DNA from: an uncultured Gammaproteobacteria bacterium
GTDB taxonomy: Bacteria; Patescibacteriota; Patescibacteriia; UBA1558; 2-01-FULL-52-15
Length of the DNA stretch: 64,000 bases
NCBI GenBank assembly: GCA_964422585.1
Contig: CAYRBH010000005.1
Location: 3,401 to 67,400, forward strand
Direction of reading: 5' to 3'
Notes under the pieces: generated by a model
The model's database searches: none
The model's input: the letters and a program-made list of their open reading frames with translations, nothing else
What the model was told of the DNA's origin: nothing
Translations under genes and position numbers: made by a program
In this document: piece after piece, positions 27,033-39,100 of the stretch
How positions within the stretch are numbered: the stretch's first letter is position 1
Layout: every line of letters starts with the position of its first letter

Positions 27033-29564
27033 ATGGCTGAAAGGAAATATCAACCGCGTGATTTCGAATCGCATTGGCAAGAGCAGTGGGAACAACAAGG
27101 CATCTACCATGCGAAAGATTTTGATACACGAAAGAAGCAATATGTTCTTGTTGAGTTTCCGTACCCTTCGGGCGAAGGTCTGCATGTAGGGCATTGTCTT
27201 TCCTACATTGCGCAGGACATCGTTGCTCGGTATCTGCGTATGAAAGGTAATAATGTGTTGTATCCGATTGGTTGGGATGCGTTCGGTTTGCCGGCTGAAA
27301 ATTTTGCGATCAAGCATAAAGTAAAGCCGCAAGACTCAACCAAAAAAAATATCGCGAACTTCAAGCGACAGATCCAATCAATGGGTATTTCATTTGATTG
27401 GTCGCGTGAACTTAATACCACAGATCCAAAATACTATAGATGGACACAGTGGATTTTTTTGCAACTATTCAAAGCAGGTCTTGCCGAGAAAAAAGAAATG
27501 CCGATTAACTGGTGCCCGAAAGATAAGATTGGTTTGGCTTTTGAGGAAGTCGTTAACGGCTGCTGTGAACGTTGCGGCGCGCCGGTCGAACGAAGAAATA
27601 TCAAACAATGGATCTTGAAGATTACGAAGTACGCTGATCGATTGATCGATGATCTCAAAACAGTTAATTTTTTGCCGGCTATTGCGCAGCAGCAGATCAA
27701 CTGGATCGGGAGGAGCGAGGGTGCTGAAATTGATTTTGCAGTTTCAGGCTCAAAAGAGAAAATAACAGTTTTTACCACCCGACCAGACACGCTTTTTGGC
27801 GCTACCTATATGGTCCTTTCGCCAGAGCATGAGTTTATTGAAAAAAATAAGAATTCGATCACGAACTTCAAAGAAGTTTCAAAGTATATTTCTGTTGCAA
27901 AGAATAAATCTGAACGTGAAAGGCAGGAAAATAGAGAAAAAACAGGCGTTGCATTAAAAGGTATCAAGGCAATCAATCCTGCGAATAAGAAAGAAATCCC
28001 GATCTGGGTTGCTGATTATGTTTTAAGTGGATATGGCACTGGTGCGATCATGGCAGTGCCTGCGCATGATTTACGAGATAATGAATTTGCTCACAAATTT
28101 AGAATTCATCCAATCGTGCCAGTGATTATTCCTGAGAGCATCGATAACCTTGGGCACACTCGAGCAGTTATTAAAGATAGCGGCCAAATCGGTATAATCG
28201 GCGATGTTTTGACAGTCTGGCAGGGCCAAAGCACCTCGGAGGCATTTCAAATTTTAGTTGGAAGGATTAAGTCTGGAACTCAGTCCTACTTTGGCGAAGG
28301 AAGATTAATTAATTCAGGAAAGTTTGATGGCTTAGCTTCAGAAGAGGCAAAACAAAAAATCACCAAGGCTGTTGGTGGAGAAATGAAAGTGCAATACAAG
28401 CTCCGCGATTGGATTTTTTCACGACAACATTATTGGGGTGAGCCAATCCCTATTATTCATTGTGAAACATGTGGTGAAGTTGCAGTCCCTGAAAAAGACT
28501 TACCAGTAGTTTTACCAGATGTTGAGTACTATGAGCCAACTGATACTGGCGAGTCGCCATTAGCGAAAATCGAGACTTGGGTCAATGTACAATGTCCAAA
28601 TTGTCACGGCGATGCAAAGCGTGAAACAGATACCATGCCAAACTGGGCCGGCAGCTCTTGGTATTTTATGCGCTATACTGATCCGCATAATGACAAAGCA
28701 TTTGCTGATAAGAAAAAATTGAAGTACTGGATGCCCGTGGATCTGTATAATGGAGGAGCAGAGCATACAACATTGCATGTTTTGTATTCGCGGTTTTGGT
28801 ATAAATTTTTGTATGATCAGGGCTATGTGCCAACGTCAGAACCGTATCAGGTCAGAGTGCAACACGGCATGATCCTAGCGCCTGATGGTCAGAAAATGTC
28901 AAAGTCGCGCGGTAATGTTATCAATCCTGATGAGATAATCGAAAAGCACGGAGCAGATATTTTCCGCCTGTATATGATGTTTATGGGAGAGTATGATCAG
29001 TACAAATCGTGGAATGATAAAAATTTGCAAGGTGTGGCGCGATTCATGAGGCGACTCTATGAGTATGTGACGCAAGTGACTATCGCAAAGTCGTCTGTTG
29101 CTGCTCGGACAGCAGTACATCGCGCTATTCGGGATATAGGCGCGGATCTCGAGCGCAGATCGTTCAACACAGCCGTGAGCAAGCTCATGATCTGCCTCAA
29201 CTCACTAGAAAAAGAATCATCCATCGACCGCAAAGACTTGAGCGCTCTAGTGCGTAGCACTGCTCCATTCGCGCCGCATCTCACGGAGGAGCTTTGGCAC
29301 AGTAAACTCAGCGAAAAAACCAGCATACACAGGTCTCAGTGGCCAGACTTTGATGCCTCGGCAATCAATGAAGAAGGAGTTACTCTCGGTGTGCAGGTTA
29401 ACGGTAAGGTTCGCGCGGACATAGTAGTTACCACGGATATGAGCGAGGCTGATGTACGCACTGCCGTACTTGCTCTGGAGTCGATACAGAAATATGTGCC
29501 GAATCCAGCCGCCATCAAAAAGTTCATCTATGTGAAAGGCAGGATCATCAGCATTGTCGTATAG
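27033..29564 (+). CDS. leuS: Leucine--tRNA ligase
   Basis: FPYPSGEGLHVGH, GWDAFGLPAEN, FTTRPDT, GTGAIMAVPAHD, KMSKS, QVNGKVR. Confidence 0.97.
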   Translation: MAERKYQPRDFESHWQEQWEQQGIYHAKDFDTRKKQYVLVEFPYPSGEGLHVGHCLSYIAQDIVARYLRMKGNNVLYPIGWDAFGLPAENFAIKHKVKPQDSTKKNIANFKRQIQSMGISFDWSRELNTTDPKYYRWTQWIFLQLFKAGLAEKKEMPINWCPKDKIGLAFEEVVNGCCERCGAPVERRNIKQWILKITKYADRLIDDLKTVNFLPAIAQQQINWIGRSEGAEIDFAVSGSKEKITVFTTRPDTLFGATYMVLSPEHEFIEKNKNSITNFKEVSKYISVAKNKSERERQENREKTGVALKGIKAINPANKKEIPIWVADYVLSGYGTGAIMAVPAHDLRDNEFAHKFRIHPIVPVIIPESIDNLGHTRAVIKDSGQIGIIGDVLTVWQGQSTSEAFQILVGRIKSGTQSYFGEGRLINSGKFDGLASEEAKQKITKAVGGEMKVQYKLRDWIFSRQHYWGEPIPIIHCETCGEVAVPEKDLPVVLPDVEYYEPTDTGESPLAKIETWVNVQCPNCHGDAKRETDTMPNWAGSSWYFMRYTDPHNDKAFADKKKLKYWMPVDLYNGGAEHTTLHVLYSRFWYKFLYDQGYVPTSEPYQVRVQHGMILAPDGQKMSKSRGNVINPDEIIEKHGADIFRLYMMFMGEYDQYKSWNDKNLQGVARFMRRLYEYVTQVTIAKSSVAARTAVHRAIRDIGADLERRSFNTAVSKLMICLNSLEKESSIDRKDLSALVRSTAPFAPHLTEELWHSKLSEKTSIHRSQWPDFDASAINEEGVTLGVQVNGKVRADIVVTTDMSEADVRTAVLALESIQKYVPNPAAIKKFIYVKGRIISIVV

Positions 29565-29596
29565 AACCTTGTGTCGGTATCGTGTATACTGTAAGC

Positions 29597-30211
29597 ATGA
29601 AGATCATCAAGTATGCGCCAGAAAAGAAAGCCTCTATCCTTGCCGAAGCATTGGTAGTCCTGTTGTCAGGCGGGACGGTCGTCTATCCGACCGAGACAGC
29701 TTACGGACTGGGGGCTGATTTTTTTTCGCCGCGTGCCTATCGATCGATTTTTTCCATCAAGTATCGTGATGCGAAGAAGGCCTTGCCCGTGATTGTCCCT
29801 GACCTCGAATATGCGACGACGCTCGTTGAATTCAGTCCACAGGCATCGAAGCTTGCCGCTGAGTATTGGCCCGGACCTTTGACGCTCGTATTACCCTTCC
29901 GCTATGGGAAGGAGTATGAGTATCACACTGATCCGTATCTAGCACTTCGAGTGAGCTCCCATCCCATTGCTGCGAGCCTTGCTCAGGCTTTCGGTAAGCC
30001 ATTGATAGCGACATCGGCCAATGCGAGCGGCAAAGCAGTATGCTATAGTGCTGATGACGTCATCCGGCAATTCGAAAGCAGCCGTTCACAACCTGATCTG
30101 GTCATCGATGCGGGTATGCTGCCCGAAGCCCCGCCCTCAACGATAGTAAAGGTAGACCGCGACTCTCTGGAAGTAATACGTAATGGTTCGATACTACTCA
30201 ACAAAAAATAA
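29597..30211 (+). CDS. tsaC: L-threonylcarbamoyladenylate synthase (YrdC/Sua5 domain)
   Basis: YPTETAYGLG, WPGPLT, TSANASG, PSTIV. Confidence 0.92.
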   Translation: MKIIKYAPEKKASILAEALVVLLSGGTVVYPTETAYGLGADFFSPRAYRSIFSIKYRDAKKALPVIVPDLEYATTLVEFSPQASKLAAEYWPGPLTLVLPFRYGKEYEYHTDPYLALRVSSHPIAASLAQAFGKPLIATSANASGKAVCYSADDVIRQFESSRSQPDLVIDAGMLPEAPPSTIVKVDRDSLEVIRNGSILLNKK

Positions 30212-31390
30212 ATGCTCAAAAAGACCACAGATCGTTTCTTGAATATCTTCCCGCATCATATGCGACAGCAGATACGTGAGCTGTATGCGGCAACCTCGAT
30301 CTTGGATTTCGCGGTAGCGATGATCCAGATCTTCGAGCCGATCTATTTGTATACTTTAGGCTATACACTGCAGCAGATTATTCTGTTCTTCCTCATCGTC
30401 TATGGTGTTTATTTTTTTATCATGCCGCTCGGTGCTCGTGTCGCGAGGCGGGTTGGATATGAACATGCTATCGCCTATAGCACGGTCGTGTTCATACTGT
30501 ATTATTTCATTTTTTATAATATCGCGTTCGCTCCATTTTTATTCGTTCCCGCAGCCCTGCTGTATGCCATCCAGAAAATGCTGTACTGGCCGGCATATCA
30601 TGCTGATTTCGCACGTTTTGCGGATGCGGGTCAAGATGCTCGGGAGATTAGCTTTCTGACAGTCACCGCGGCAGTCGTTGGAGTGATCGCCCCATTAGCA
30701 TCAGGTTTTATACTTGAGTATTGGGGATTTGGCGCGCTTTTTACCTTTGTTTCATTGATCTTCCTCATATCCAATGTCCCCTTGCTAATCACGAAAGAGA
30801 TATTCGAGCCAGGTACTTTCGAGTATTTCAGCGTGTATAAGGATCTTTTTTCGAAGGAGCGCAGAAGGAGCTTTTTCGCCTATGTAGGGTTCGGAGAAGA
30901 ATTGATAGTGCTTGTCGTATGGCCTGTTTTCATCGCGACCATTGTCGTTGATCTTTTGAATATTGGTATTTTGACTGCGCTGACGACCCTGATCAGTGTT
31001 ATCATTACCGTTTATATCGGCAAGTCTTCAGATGTCGGTGACAAGCGTAGCATCTTAAAATTCGGCGCTATCATATATTCGATTGCCTGGTTTATGCGAC
31101 TCATCGTTCATGCGACAGTGGGCATCTTCTTCACTGACACGCTATCACGCATTTCGAAGAATATTGTTACCGTACCTCAGACAGCGCTTACCTATGAACA
31201 GGCGAAGCAACAGAATGTGATGCATACGGTTGTGTTCTTCGAAGCAAGTTTAGTCGTTGGCAAGCTGATAGCGATGTTGATCATATATGGTGCGCTCTTC
31301 ATCTTGCCCTCATTCTTGTCCGGCGCGATGATATACCAATCGATCTTCGTTCTTGCCGGCCTCATGTCGCTCTTGTATATGCTACAGTAA
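30212..31390 (+). CDS. MFS transporter
   Basis: About 12 hydrophobic segments; GARVARRVG and GKSSDVGDKR loops. Confidence 0.85.
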   Translation: MLKKTTDRFLNIFPHHMRQQIRELYAATSILDFAVAMIQIFEPIYLYTLGYTLQQIILFFLIVYGVYFFIMPLGARVARRVGYEHAIAYSTVVFILYYFIFYNIAFAPFLFVPAALLYAIQKMLYWPAYHADFARFADAGQDAREISFLTVTAAVVGVIAPLASGFILEYWGFGALFTFVSLIFLISNVPLLITKEIFEPGTFEYFSVYKDLFSKERRRSFFAYVGFGEELIVLVVWPVFIATIVVDLLNIGILTALTTLISVIITVYIGKSSDVGDKRSILKFGAIIYSIAWFMRLIVHATVGIFFTDTLSRISKNIVTVPQTALTYEQAKQQNVMHTVVFFEASLVVGKLIAMLIIYGALFILPSFLSGAMIYQSIFVLAGLMSLLYMLQ

Positions 31391-32223
31391 TGTCGAAAGC
31401 TACGGTCCAGTATGTGATGCAGAAGTGGAACATTCGTCCGGATACGGAGCAGGGTCAGCATTTTTTAGTCGATGACACGATACTGCAGCGTATCATCACT
31501 GCATCTCAGCTCAACAAGAAACAACATGTGCTTGAAGTAGGCCCGGGCATCGGTACTCTCACCTCGCTGCTTGCTGAAACCGCTGAACGAGTCGCTGCTG
31601 TTGAGATCGACCCTCAGTTCAAGCCGTTGCTCGAAGCTTTCGTTGCAGTTAATACGAATGTGCAACTGCTCTTCGCGGATATTTTGAAGGTACCTTTTGA
31701 AACAGTACGCGCCGCTCTGGATTTGAGATCGGGGAGTGGGTATAAGGTTATTGCGAATATCCCTTACTATCTCACGTCCCGATTTTTTGCGACGGTCCTG
31801 AAGTATCAAGAGCTTCCGACGATGATCGTAGTCTTGATACAGAAAGAAGTAGCTGAGCGTATCGTCGCGCAGCCTGGTGATCATTCGAAGTTATCATTGA
31901 GCATTCAGCTCTATGGCGCCCCGCGCATCGCTTTTCAGGTGCCACGAACAGCTTTCAGTCCTATACCGGAGGTCGATTCAGCAGTCTTGGTCATAGAAGA
32001 TATCCACCAATGGAGTTATGCGGTGCCAGAACGTAAAGTATGGCAGCTCATTACCTTCGGTTTTAGCTCACGCCGGAAGAAATTGGTGAATAACCTTATG
32101 GCAGGTATGCATATCTCAAGGGATGCTGCCTTAGATATACTGAAAAAGGCAGGTATTGAGCCAAATATACGAGCTGAAGACATGTCTATTGAGAGTTGGC
32201 TGCGTCTCGCTGAGCATGCATAA
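31390..32223 (+). CDS. rsmA: 16S rRNA m6,2A dimethyltransferase
   Basis: GQHFL, EVGPGIG, ANIPYY, QKEVAER, F.PIPEVDSA, RAED. Confidence 0.95.
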   Translation: MSKATVQYVMQKWNIRPDTEQGQHFLVDDTILQRIITASQLNKKQHVLEVGPGIGTLTSLLAETAERVAAVEIDPQFKPLLEAFVAVNTNVQLLFADILKVPFETVRAALDLRSGSGYKVIANIPYYLTSRFFATVLKYQELPTMIVVLIQKEVAERIVAQPGDHSKLSLSIQLYGAPRIAFQVPRTAFSPIPEVDSAVLVIEDIHQWSYAVPERKVWQLITFGFSSRRKKLVNNLMAGMHISRDAALDILKKAGIEPNIRAEDMSIESWLRLAEHA

Positions 32224-32273
32224 GAGATAGCTCTTGACGCTCTTCAAAGCACTTGGTGGTTGCTTATAGAATA

Positions 32274-32282
32274 TGCTATAAT
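32274..32282 (+). promoter_or_regulatory. Extended -10 promoter for the 32349-46867 operon
   Basis: TGcTATAAT. Confidence 0.5.
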
Positions 32283-32348
32283 AATCCCATTGTTGGTAGC
32301 CAGGTATTGGCTAATAAGAAATAAAATCACTACCATTTTACACTAACT

Positions 32349-33101
32349 ATGCCGCAGAGTAAGAACAGTGGACCGGGGCATGGTATTGGGTTCCGTTCGC
32401 AGCCGCGAGGTGTACAAGCGTTATTGGTTGCGGTTGCTTTCTTCGGAGCAGCTTCACTCGGCTATGGAGCATATGCCATTCAAGATAAATTGGTCAGCCC
32501 TTTCAAAGCAAGTGTCATAACATCCGATAAGGTTTTGAATGAAATACTGCCCACGGCTGATCAGGGCGCGCTCGCGTCAAAGACCAAAGATACTGATGGC
32601 GACGGATTGAGCGATTATGACGAAGTGGCTATCTATAATACGAGTCCATATCTCGCTGATACTGATGGCGATGGTATTCCTGACGGGGTTGAAGTGAAGA
32701 ACGGTACTGATCCGAACTGCCCCCAGGGCCAAGTATGCAATGGTTTGCGGCTCGTAACACCTGATACGAAGATCTCTGATCTGTTCCCGCAGTTCTCTAC
32801 CTCGAATGTTACGTTGAAAGATAAGACGGTTCAGGAATTTAGGCAGATACTGCTGGCTCAGGGATTCGATAAAGCTAAACTTGATCAGATCAGTGATAAT
32901 ACCTTGCTCATCATACTGCAGGAGAGCTTGAAGGCTCAGGATGAGGCGCAAGGCACCAGCACCCCGACCACCACGGATGCGATCACGGTAGGAGATTATG
33001 ATCAGCTTCGCTTGCTTCTCGTCGATATGGGCGTGCCTCATGATGAGGTGTATAGCATGAGCAATCAAGATATACAGAATATGCTGAAGACATTCAAGTA
33101 G
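32349..33101 (+). CDS. Single-TM protein with TSP3 Ca-binding repeats
   Basis: DTDGDGLSDYDE...ADTDGDGIPDGVEV..GTDPNC. Confidence 0.82.
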   Translation: MPQSKNSGPGHGIGFRSQPRGVQALLVAVAFFGAASLGYGAYAIQDKLVSPFKASVITSDKVLNEILPTADQGALASKTKDTDGDGLSDYDEVAIYNTSPYLADTDGDGIPDGVEVKNGTDPNCPQGQVCNGLRLVTPDTKISDLFPQFSTSNVTLKDKTVQEFRQILLAQGFDKAKLDQISDNTLLIILQESLKAQDEAQGTSTPTTTDAITVGDYDQLRLLLVDMGVPHDEVYSMSNQDIQNMLKTFK

Positions 33102-33114
33102 GACCAGAATATCC

Positions 33115-36100
33115 ATGCAGGCACCAAAAACAAACCGCAAACTATTCTTACGCCTTGTCGCCACCGTTTTTTGTTTGAGTATCTTTTTGATAGCAGCACC
33201 GCTCAAGCCGGTGCATGCGCAGCTCTCTGTTTTTGATCCTCAGCAGTTCGTGGAGACGATCAAGGAGTATATCGCGAAATTGAAAGATATCTCTTGGAGG
33301 CAAGCGGCGACCGTAGCTTTGGATAAAGCAGCTTCGAGCTTCATCAATAAACTAGCTCAAGACGCTGGCAACTACTTAGCTACCGGGGGCAAGGGGCAGA
33401 GCAGCCTGGTCCGCCGCGAGTCATTCGGCTCTATTTTAAGGAAGGATGGCGAGGCGGCATTGGGCAATTTCGTCCAAGATCTCTCATCAGAAACACAGCT
33501 TGATAAGCTTGGCTTAAACTTATGTAATCCGTCGGCGCAGCTCAAAGCAAATATTAGCTTGCAGCTTTTGGACGCTGGCCAGCCAGTGCCACTCGGGGCT
33601 GCCGGCTGTAATATCCGGGATATTCAGGCCAATTGGCAGCGATTCGCTCAGAATGCCGGCGTCGTCAATGTGAATGTGACCACCGGCAGTCAGCTGGGTA
33701 TCAGTGGCGGCGCAATTTATGGAGCACCGACAGCGGGGACTTGTCAGACCTCGAAAGGCCAATGTGTGCTTTCAGGATCGAACGCTTCATATGCCGGCTA
33801 CTGCGAGCAGCTTTCTTCATCAAGCCAGCAGCTGCAGACCTACTGTAATACGAAAGCCGATTGCGCAGGAGGAGCGAACTGTATCATCGTAACGGGAGAT
33901 TGTTCTAGTAATGCCGATTGTAAAGGAGGCTCGACATGTAATCTCGTCAGCGGAGGGTCATGCTTCACTGATAGTGATTGTTCTGGTGTAGGAGCGAGAT
34001 GTGTCGGCGCCACCAGCGCATCAAGTGGTGTGCCTTGGCTCGACATCACTAAAGATTTCTCACCAGCTGAAAAACTAAAGACTCTGAATGACCTCTTCTC
34101 GCCTCAACAGAGTGATCTCGGTGCTTATACATTGCTTTCCACCAAAGAAGCTGAGCTGCAGGCAGCAGAAGAAAAATATAAGACCCTCGACCTCTCGACC
34201 TGTAATGCTTACAAAGATGTTGGTTCGAAGATCACTGATGACTATGTCCATCAGAACTGTGATGAGATAAAGGCGTTAGCAGCGAAAACCGCTCCACCAT
34301 CGACAGCCGAGGAAACGCAGGCATTGAAGAGTCAGGGCGATAATGGCTTTTGGCTCAATGCGGCCAAGATCTTCGGCCGTTCACTCATCTCAGGCTTGCT
34401 GAAGAAATATATCAAGGCAGGTTCTTTCTCGCTGGCGCAACTCGGACAGCAAACCGATCTCAGTCAGGTGCGGGAGAATATCGTACAGCAGCTTCGCGGC
34501 GGAGTCACCTCACCGTTGAATGCTTTACAAGTGACGAATACATTGTCTACCGACCAGAAGCCGTCATTGGATAAAGTCGATAATTTCGATTATATCGCTA
34601 CCTTCTCACAGTGTCCTGATGACCGTACGCTTGTTGAGCTTGATAACTGTACTCTCGATGATAACTTTGCTTCTGCGATCCGTGACAAGAAAACTGTCGG
34701 AGATGCATTGGCTGATGGCACACTGCGGGGCGATTTGCCGCTTATCTCCGACCTCAATACAAGCCTTGATGGCGATCCATTCTGTGTAAGGAGTGGTTAT
34801 TGCCATAGCAATATCGTGCGTCTGCGTAAGTATCGCGTGTTGCCAGTCGGTTGGGAGATCGCTGCGTCCCTGAGTCCGATAGACGCGCCAATCACGCTGC
34901 AGGATGCGGTCGACTGTTTCGATAATAATGGTAAGTGCAAGCTTGATCCAGCCTCGAATATCTACTATCACTTGATCGACCCGAATTGGGTATTGAAGGC
35001 GCCGGAAACGCAATGTAAGGCAATGGTCTATGGTCCGAAGCCTCTCAGTACTGAAGTAGCTGAACGTCAGCAGTATTGTGCGGATGGTGTTTCTTGTCTG
35101 GCGGAGGATGATAACGGCACCTGTACTGGCGGCTATGGTTACTGCACGAAAGAGAGCAATATCTGGCGCTTCAATGGTGAGCAGTGCCCAATGCAGTATG
35201 CCAGCTGCACGACGTATACGCGCACCAGCGATAAGCAGGTATTTTCCTATTTGAGCAATTCGGTCGACACCTGTGACGCTTCGGAGAATGGCTGTCAGTG
35301 GTATTCGAAGAGCCAGGATAATGTCGGCACGGTGGATCAGCCGCAGTATGTATGGAATCCACATGACCGCATTTATTTCAATAAGAATGTCGCGACCTGC
35401 GAAGCTGATCAGGTCGGCTGTAATGAGTATGTCTCATTGCTCACGCCTGGCGTCAACTTAGTCACGAACGGCGACTTCGATTATTTCACGGCTTCTTCGT
35501 CGACGAATTTTTCAGATCCGAATTGGATGAACGATACTCTGCCGGACACCTTCGATGGCTGGCAGGGCACGGCTAATGCGTTCACGACTCGCGATAATGC
35601 ATACTATGGATCTGTCGGCTTGCATTTACAGGGTGGCGGCAGGCTTTCGACGAATGTGATAACCGGCATTTTGGCTGACAAGACCTACATACTATCGTGG
35701 TATGCGAAGTCGGCGAGCGGTAATGACTGCACGACCGACGTATCTATCGCTTCCCCGGGTTCTCCGGCCCAGAGTACGACCGTCACCTATACGAAAGATT
35801 GGAAGCGCTTCGAGCTCTCGAAGAGCTTCGATGTGAATGCTCAGGATACCCAAGCGACCATCTCGTTCTCAGGCAACTGTGCAGCCCCGACGGCGAGCGA
35901 TATGTATATTGATGGAGTGAAGTTCGAGCTGAATAATCAATCGTCCGGTTTCACGCAGTATGCTGAGAATGGGAAGACTTATCTCAAGTCACAGAACCAG
36001 TGTACGAAAGATGATGTCGGATGTGATATGTATACGGCGACTGATAGCGGGATCAAGGTACCAGGTAAGATCGATTCGAACGACATTTGTCCGGCTGAGT

Positions 36101-39100
36101 GTGTGGGGTATCAGAATTATCTCGAGCTCGCAAGCCAATACGATGTGCTTGAACGGTTGCCACTGGCTCCGCCAGCGCCTCGGTCTGTTAATTTCATAGC
36201 ATCGACGGCTGCCGCATGCCCGGCGAACGAAGTTGGCTGCGAAGAGTTTACCAATGAGCAGGAAGTGGCTCAGGGCGGCGAAGGCAAGCATTACTTCAGC
36301 TATGTCAGGCAATGCGTCGAGGATGCTCTTGGCAGCACCTACTATACCCTCGAAGGCAGTGATACTGCTGGATATCAAGTGAAGACCTGGAGACTCTTGG
36401 CATCGGACCTTCCTTCTGGTCAGCCTTGTACCAATGTCGATATCGGAGCCAAGAACTGTATCGATGGCAGCACGACGCCAGCGACTTGCAGCGCGGCCGA
36501 CCTGGGGACGAACTTGGATTGTCGCGAGTTCTTCGATATCAATGGCAACCCGCATTATGTGCTGCAAAGCAGGGTCATCATTTCAAGCACTGATTGTCAG
36601 GCATATCGCAGAACCTCTACGGGGACGACATTCTACGCGCTCGGTAGTGAGAGCAGGGCCTGCTCCGCTCAGAGCAATAATTGTCGCGAATACCGCGGTA
36701 ACCAATCAGGCAATCTACGAACCGTTTTCTCGGATTACTTCGAGCAAGGCACTATCGATGCTTGGGACTCTACGCTCTCATCACTTTCGACCGAAGCAGT
36801 AAGTACCGGCGGCCACTCTATCGTTAATCGTAATCCATCGGATGTGCTGCAGAGTACCTTATCACGGAATGCGAAGAGTTATCCGATCGATGCTGGCCGC
36901 GAGATATATATGGACTTCTGGATGAAGAATACTGGTCCGGTGCAGGTGACGATGAAGGCTGACGCGAGCACGTATTTCGCGACGACCACCATGCAAGTGG
37001 CAAGTGACTGGCAGCAGTATACAGTAGGTCCTGTGTATTTGGATACTGCGATCACGGCGACGCCATCGATACAACTGACTCCGGTGGGGGCCAATCCGAT
37101 ACCAGCGGTATATTTTGACAATATCGACTTCAAGGAATCACAGACCAATATCTTCCTTATTAAGGATAGCTGGAAGACGCCGCTTTCCTGCGATCAGCCG
37201 ATACCTGGCGCAATGCTGGGCTGTCAGGAATACACCAATAAAGCAGGTGTCTCCTATGACCTACGTTCATTCACGAAGCTGTGCTCGACCGATGTGATTG
37301 GCTGCCAGGCTTTCATCAATACGCAGAATTCGACTAATCCATTCCAGAAGATCTATAACGCGGATGATCCTTCGCAGGTCATTGTCCCGGCCGATACCAT
37401 CAGCTACCTGGTTTACAATGAACAGAACCGCTGCTTCAGTCAGAGCAAGGGTTGCAGCGCGCTTGGTTCTCCGCAGCTGAATCTCAATCTGCCTGAGGCT
37501 GATCCGAAATACATCGATGGCTATAAAGTAAAGACATTAATCAATAATCCAGACACCTACGACAATACGCTCTGTACCGATAAGGGATTGTTCTGCGAAG
37601 AGTATACCAATAGCGACTCTCAGACGGTATATTTCAAGAACCCTCGCGATCGCGTCTGCGTCTATAAGGAAAATCAGAATGTGAACGGTAAGATCGTTAC
37701 GGGTTGGTTCCAAAAGAAGAGCATCGATGGCGGCGGGACGCCGATTGGCTGTTCTGATGACGGCGTGTTGCCGATCGAAGATAAAGATTTCCAGCTTTCG
37801 AACAATTTGGATTTCAACTATCAAGGCTGGGTTGGCGAGTGTTCGGCGCAGTATGATCAGTGCACGGAATTCAGGGATCCGCTTGATACCCAGGGCGATA
37901 ATGCGTTGAAAAACGCCGACTTCAGTCTGATAAACCCCGCCAATGGGCAGCCATTGAATTGGAATGACCATATTTGGAGCTGGCCATATCAGAGTACGCC
38001 GCCGGCCAACTGGTTACAGACCAACCCTGGTCTCCGCTATGGTATATCGACCTTCGAACCGTATGGCTCTATGTCATTCGGGCAGGACTTCTCGAATGTC
38101 GATGGCAGCGATGTGTTCGCCTATAGCGTTGATGTGAATGTGCAGAAGATGACTCATGGTATGAACTCTGGCGTCAGCGCGAACCTATCATGCCATTTCG
38201 ATTCACCTAAGGATATAGATTTCTGCAGTACCTCAACGTGGACAGATCCAGCCAGCACTTGTACCACTACAGCTGATTGTAAGGCTGGCGGCGCTTGTAC
38301 AGCGGGGCAGTGCAAGTATCCGACGGGCAACTATGATTATAGTAAGCCTTGTGGGCCGAATAATTCCTGTTCCGGAAACAGTATGTGCTATACCTTCTCT
38401 TGGAATGCCTGCGAAGGACCGGGTCCAGATGGTACTTTCAATAATCGCGCCGACGATGACTTCACTAATATGCAATGCGCTGCATCGACTCCGACTGATG
38501 ACGCTGCCTGCGCAGCGGTCCCTGGCCGAGCAGGGTATAAGTGCTTGAGCTGGCCATATGATAAGACCAAGGATCGCGATCTGGTCTTGGACTATGTCAC
38601 GAATGCCAATCCATATCTCTACAATCAATGGCAGACACTGCGCAGGGTCGTTGACCTTGGAGCGGATAGTGGACAACGGAACGTGTATGAGTGTACGTTC
38701 TGGCTTAGCGCGACGCAGAATCAATATGACCAAAACAACACGAATAGCAGTGGCGGCGCCTGTGCCCCAGCCGCAACCTATGCCTATGACTTGGCATGTG
38801 GAGATACCTACTGTACGAGACCTGGGCCTGACGGCAAGGTCGGCACTGCTGACGATATACCGACCACCGTTAAATGCTCTACGAGTACGAACCCGGCTCT
38901 ACCGACGGTCATTGGTGATGCTGGTTGTAAAGCGGCTCCTACGGGCGCACGACCTGGTACTGGTGACCCTGCGGCGGTCTGCGGGAGCACTGCTGCCGAG
39001 CCCGATACATTCTGGTGGACGAATCCTTTGTTCAAGAAGGCCAAGAGTTACTACTACTTGAATAATGATGAGATAGATACGAAGACCTGCAACGGTCAGG

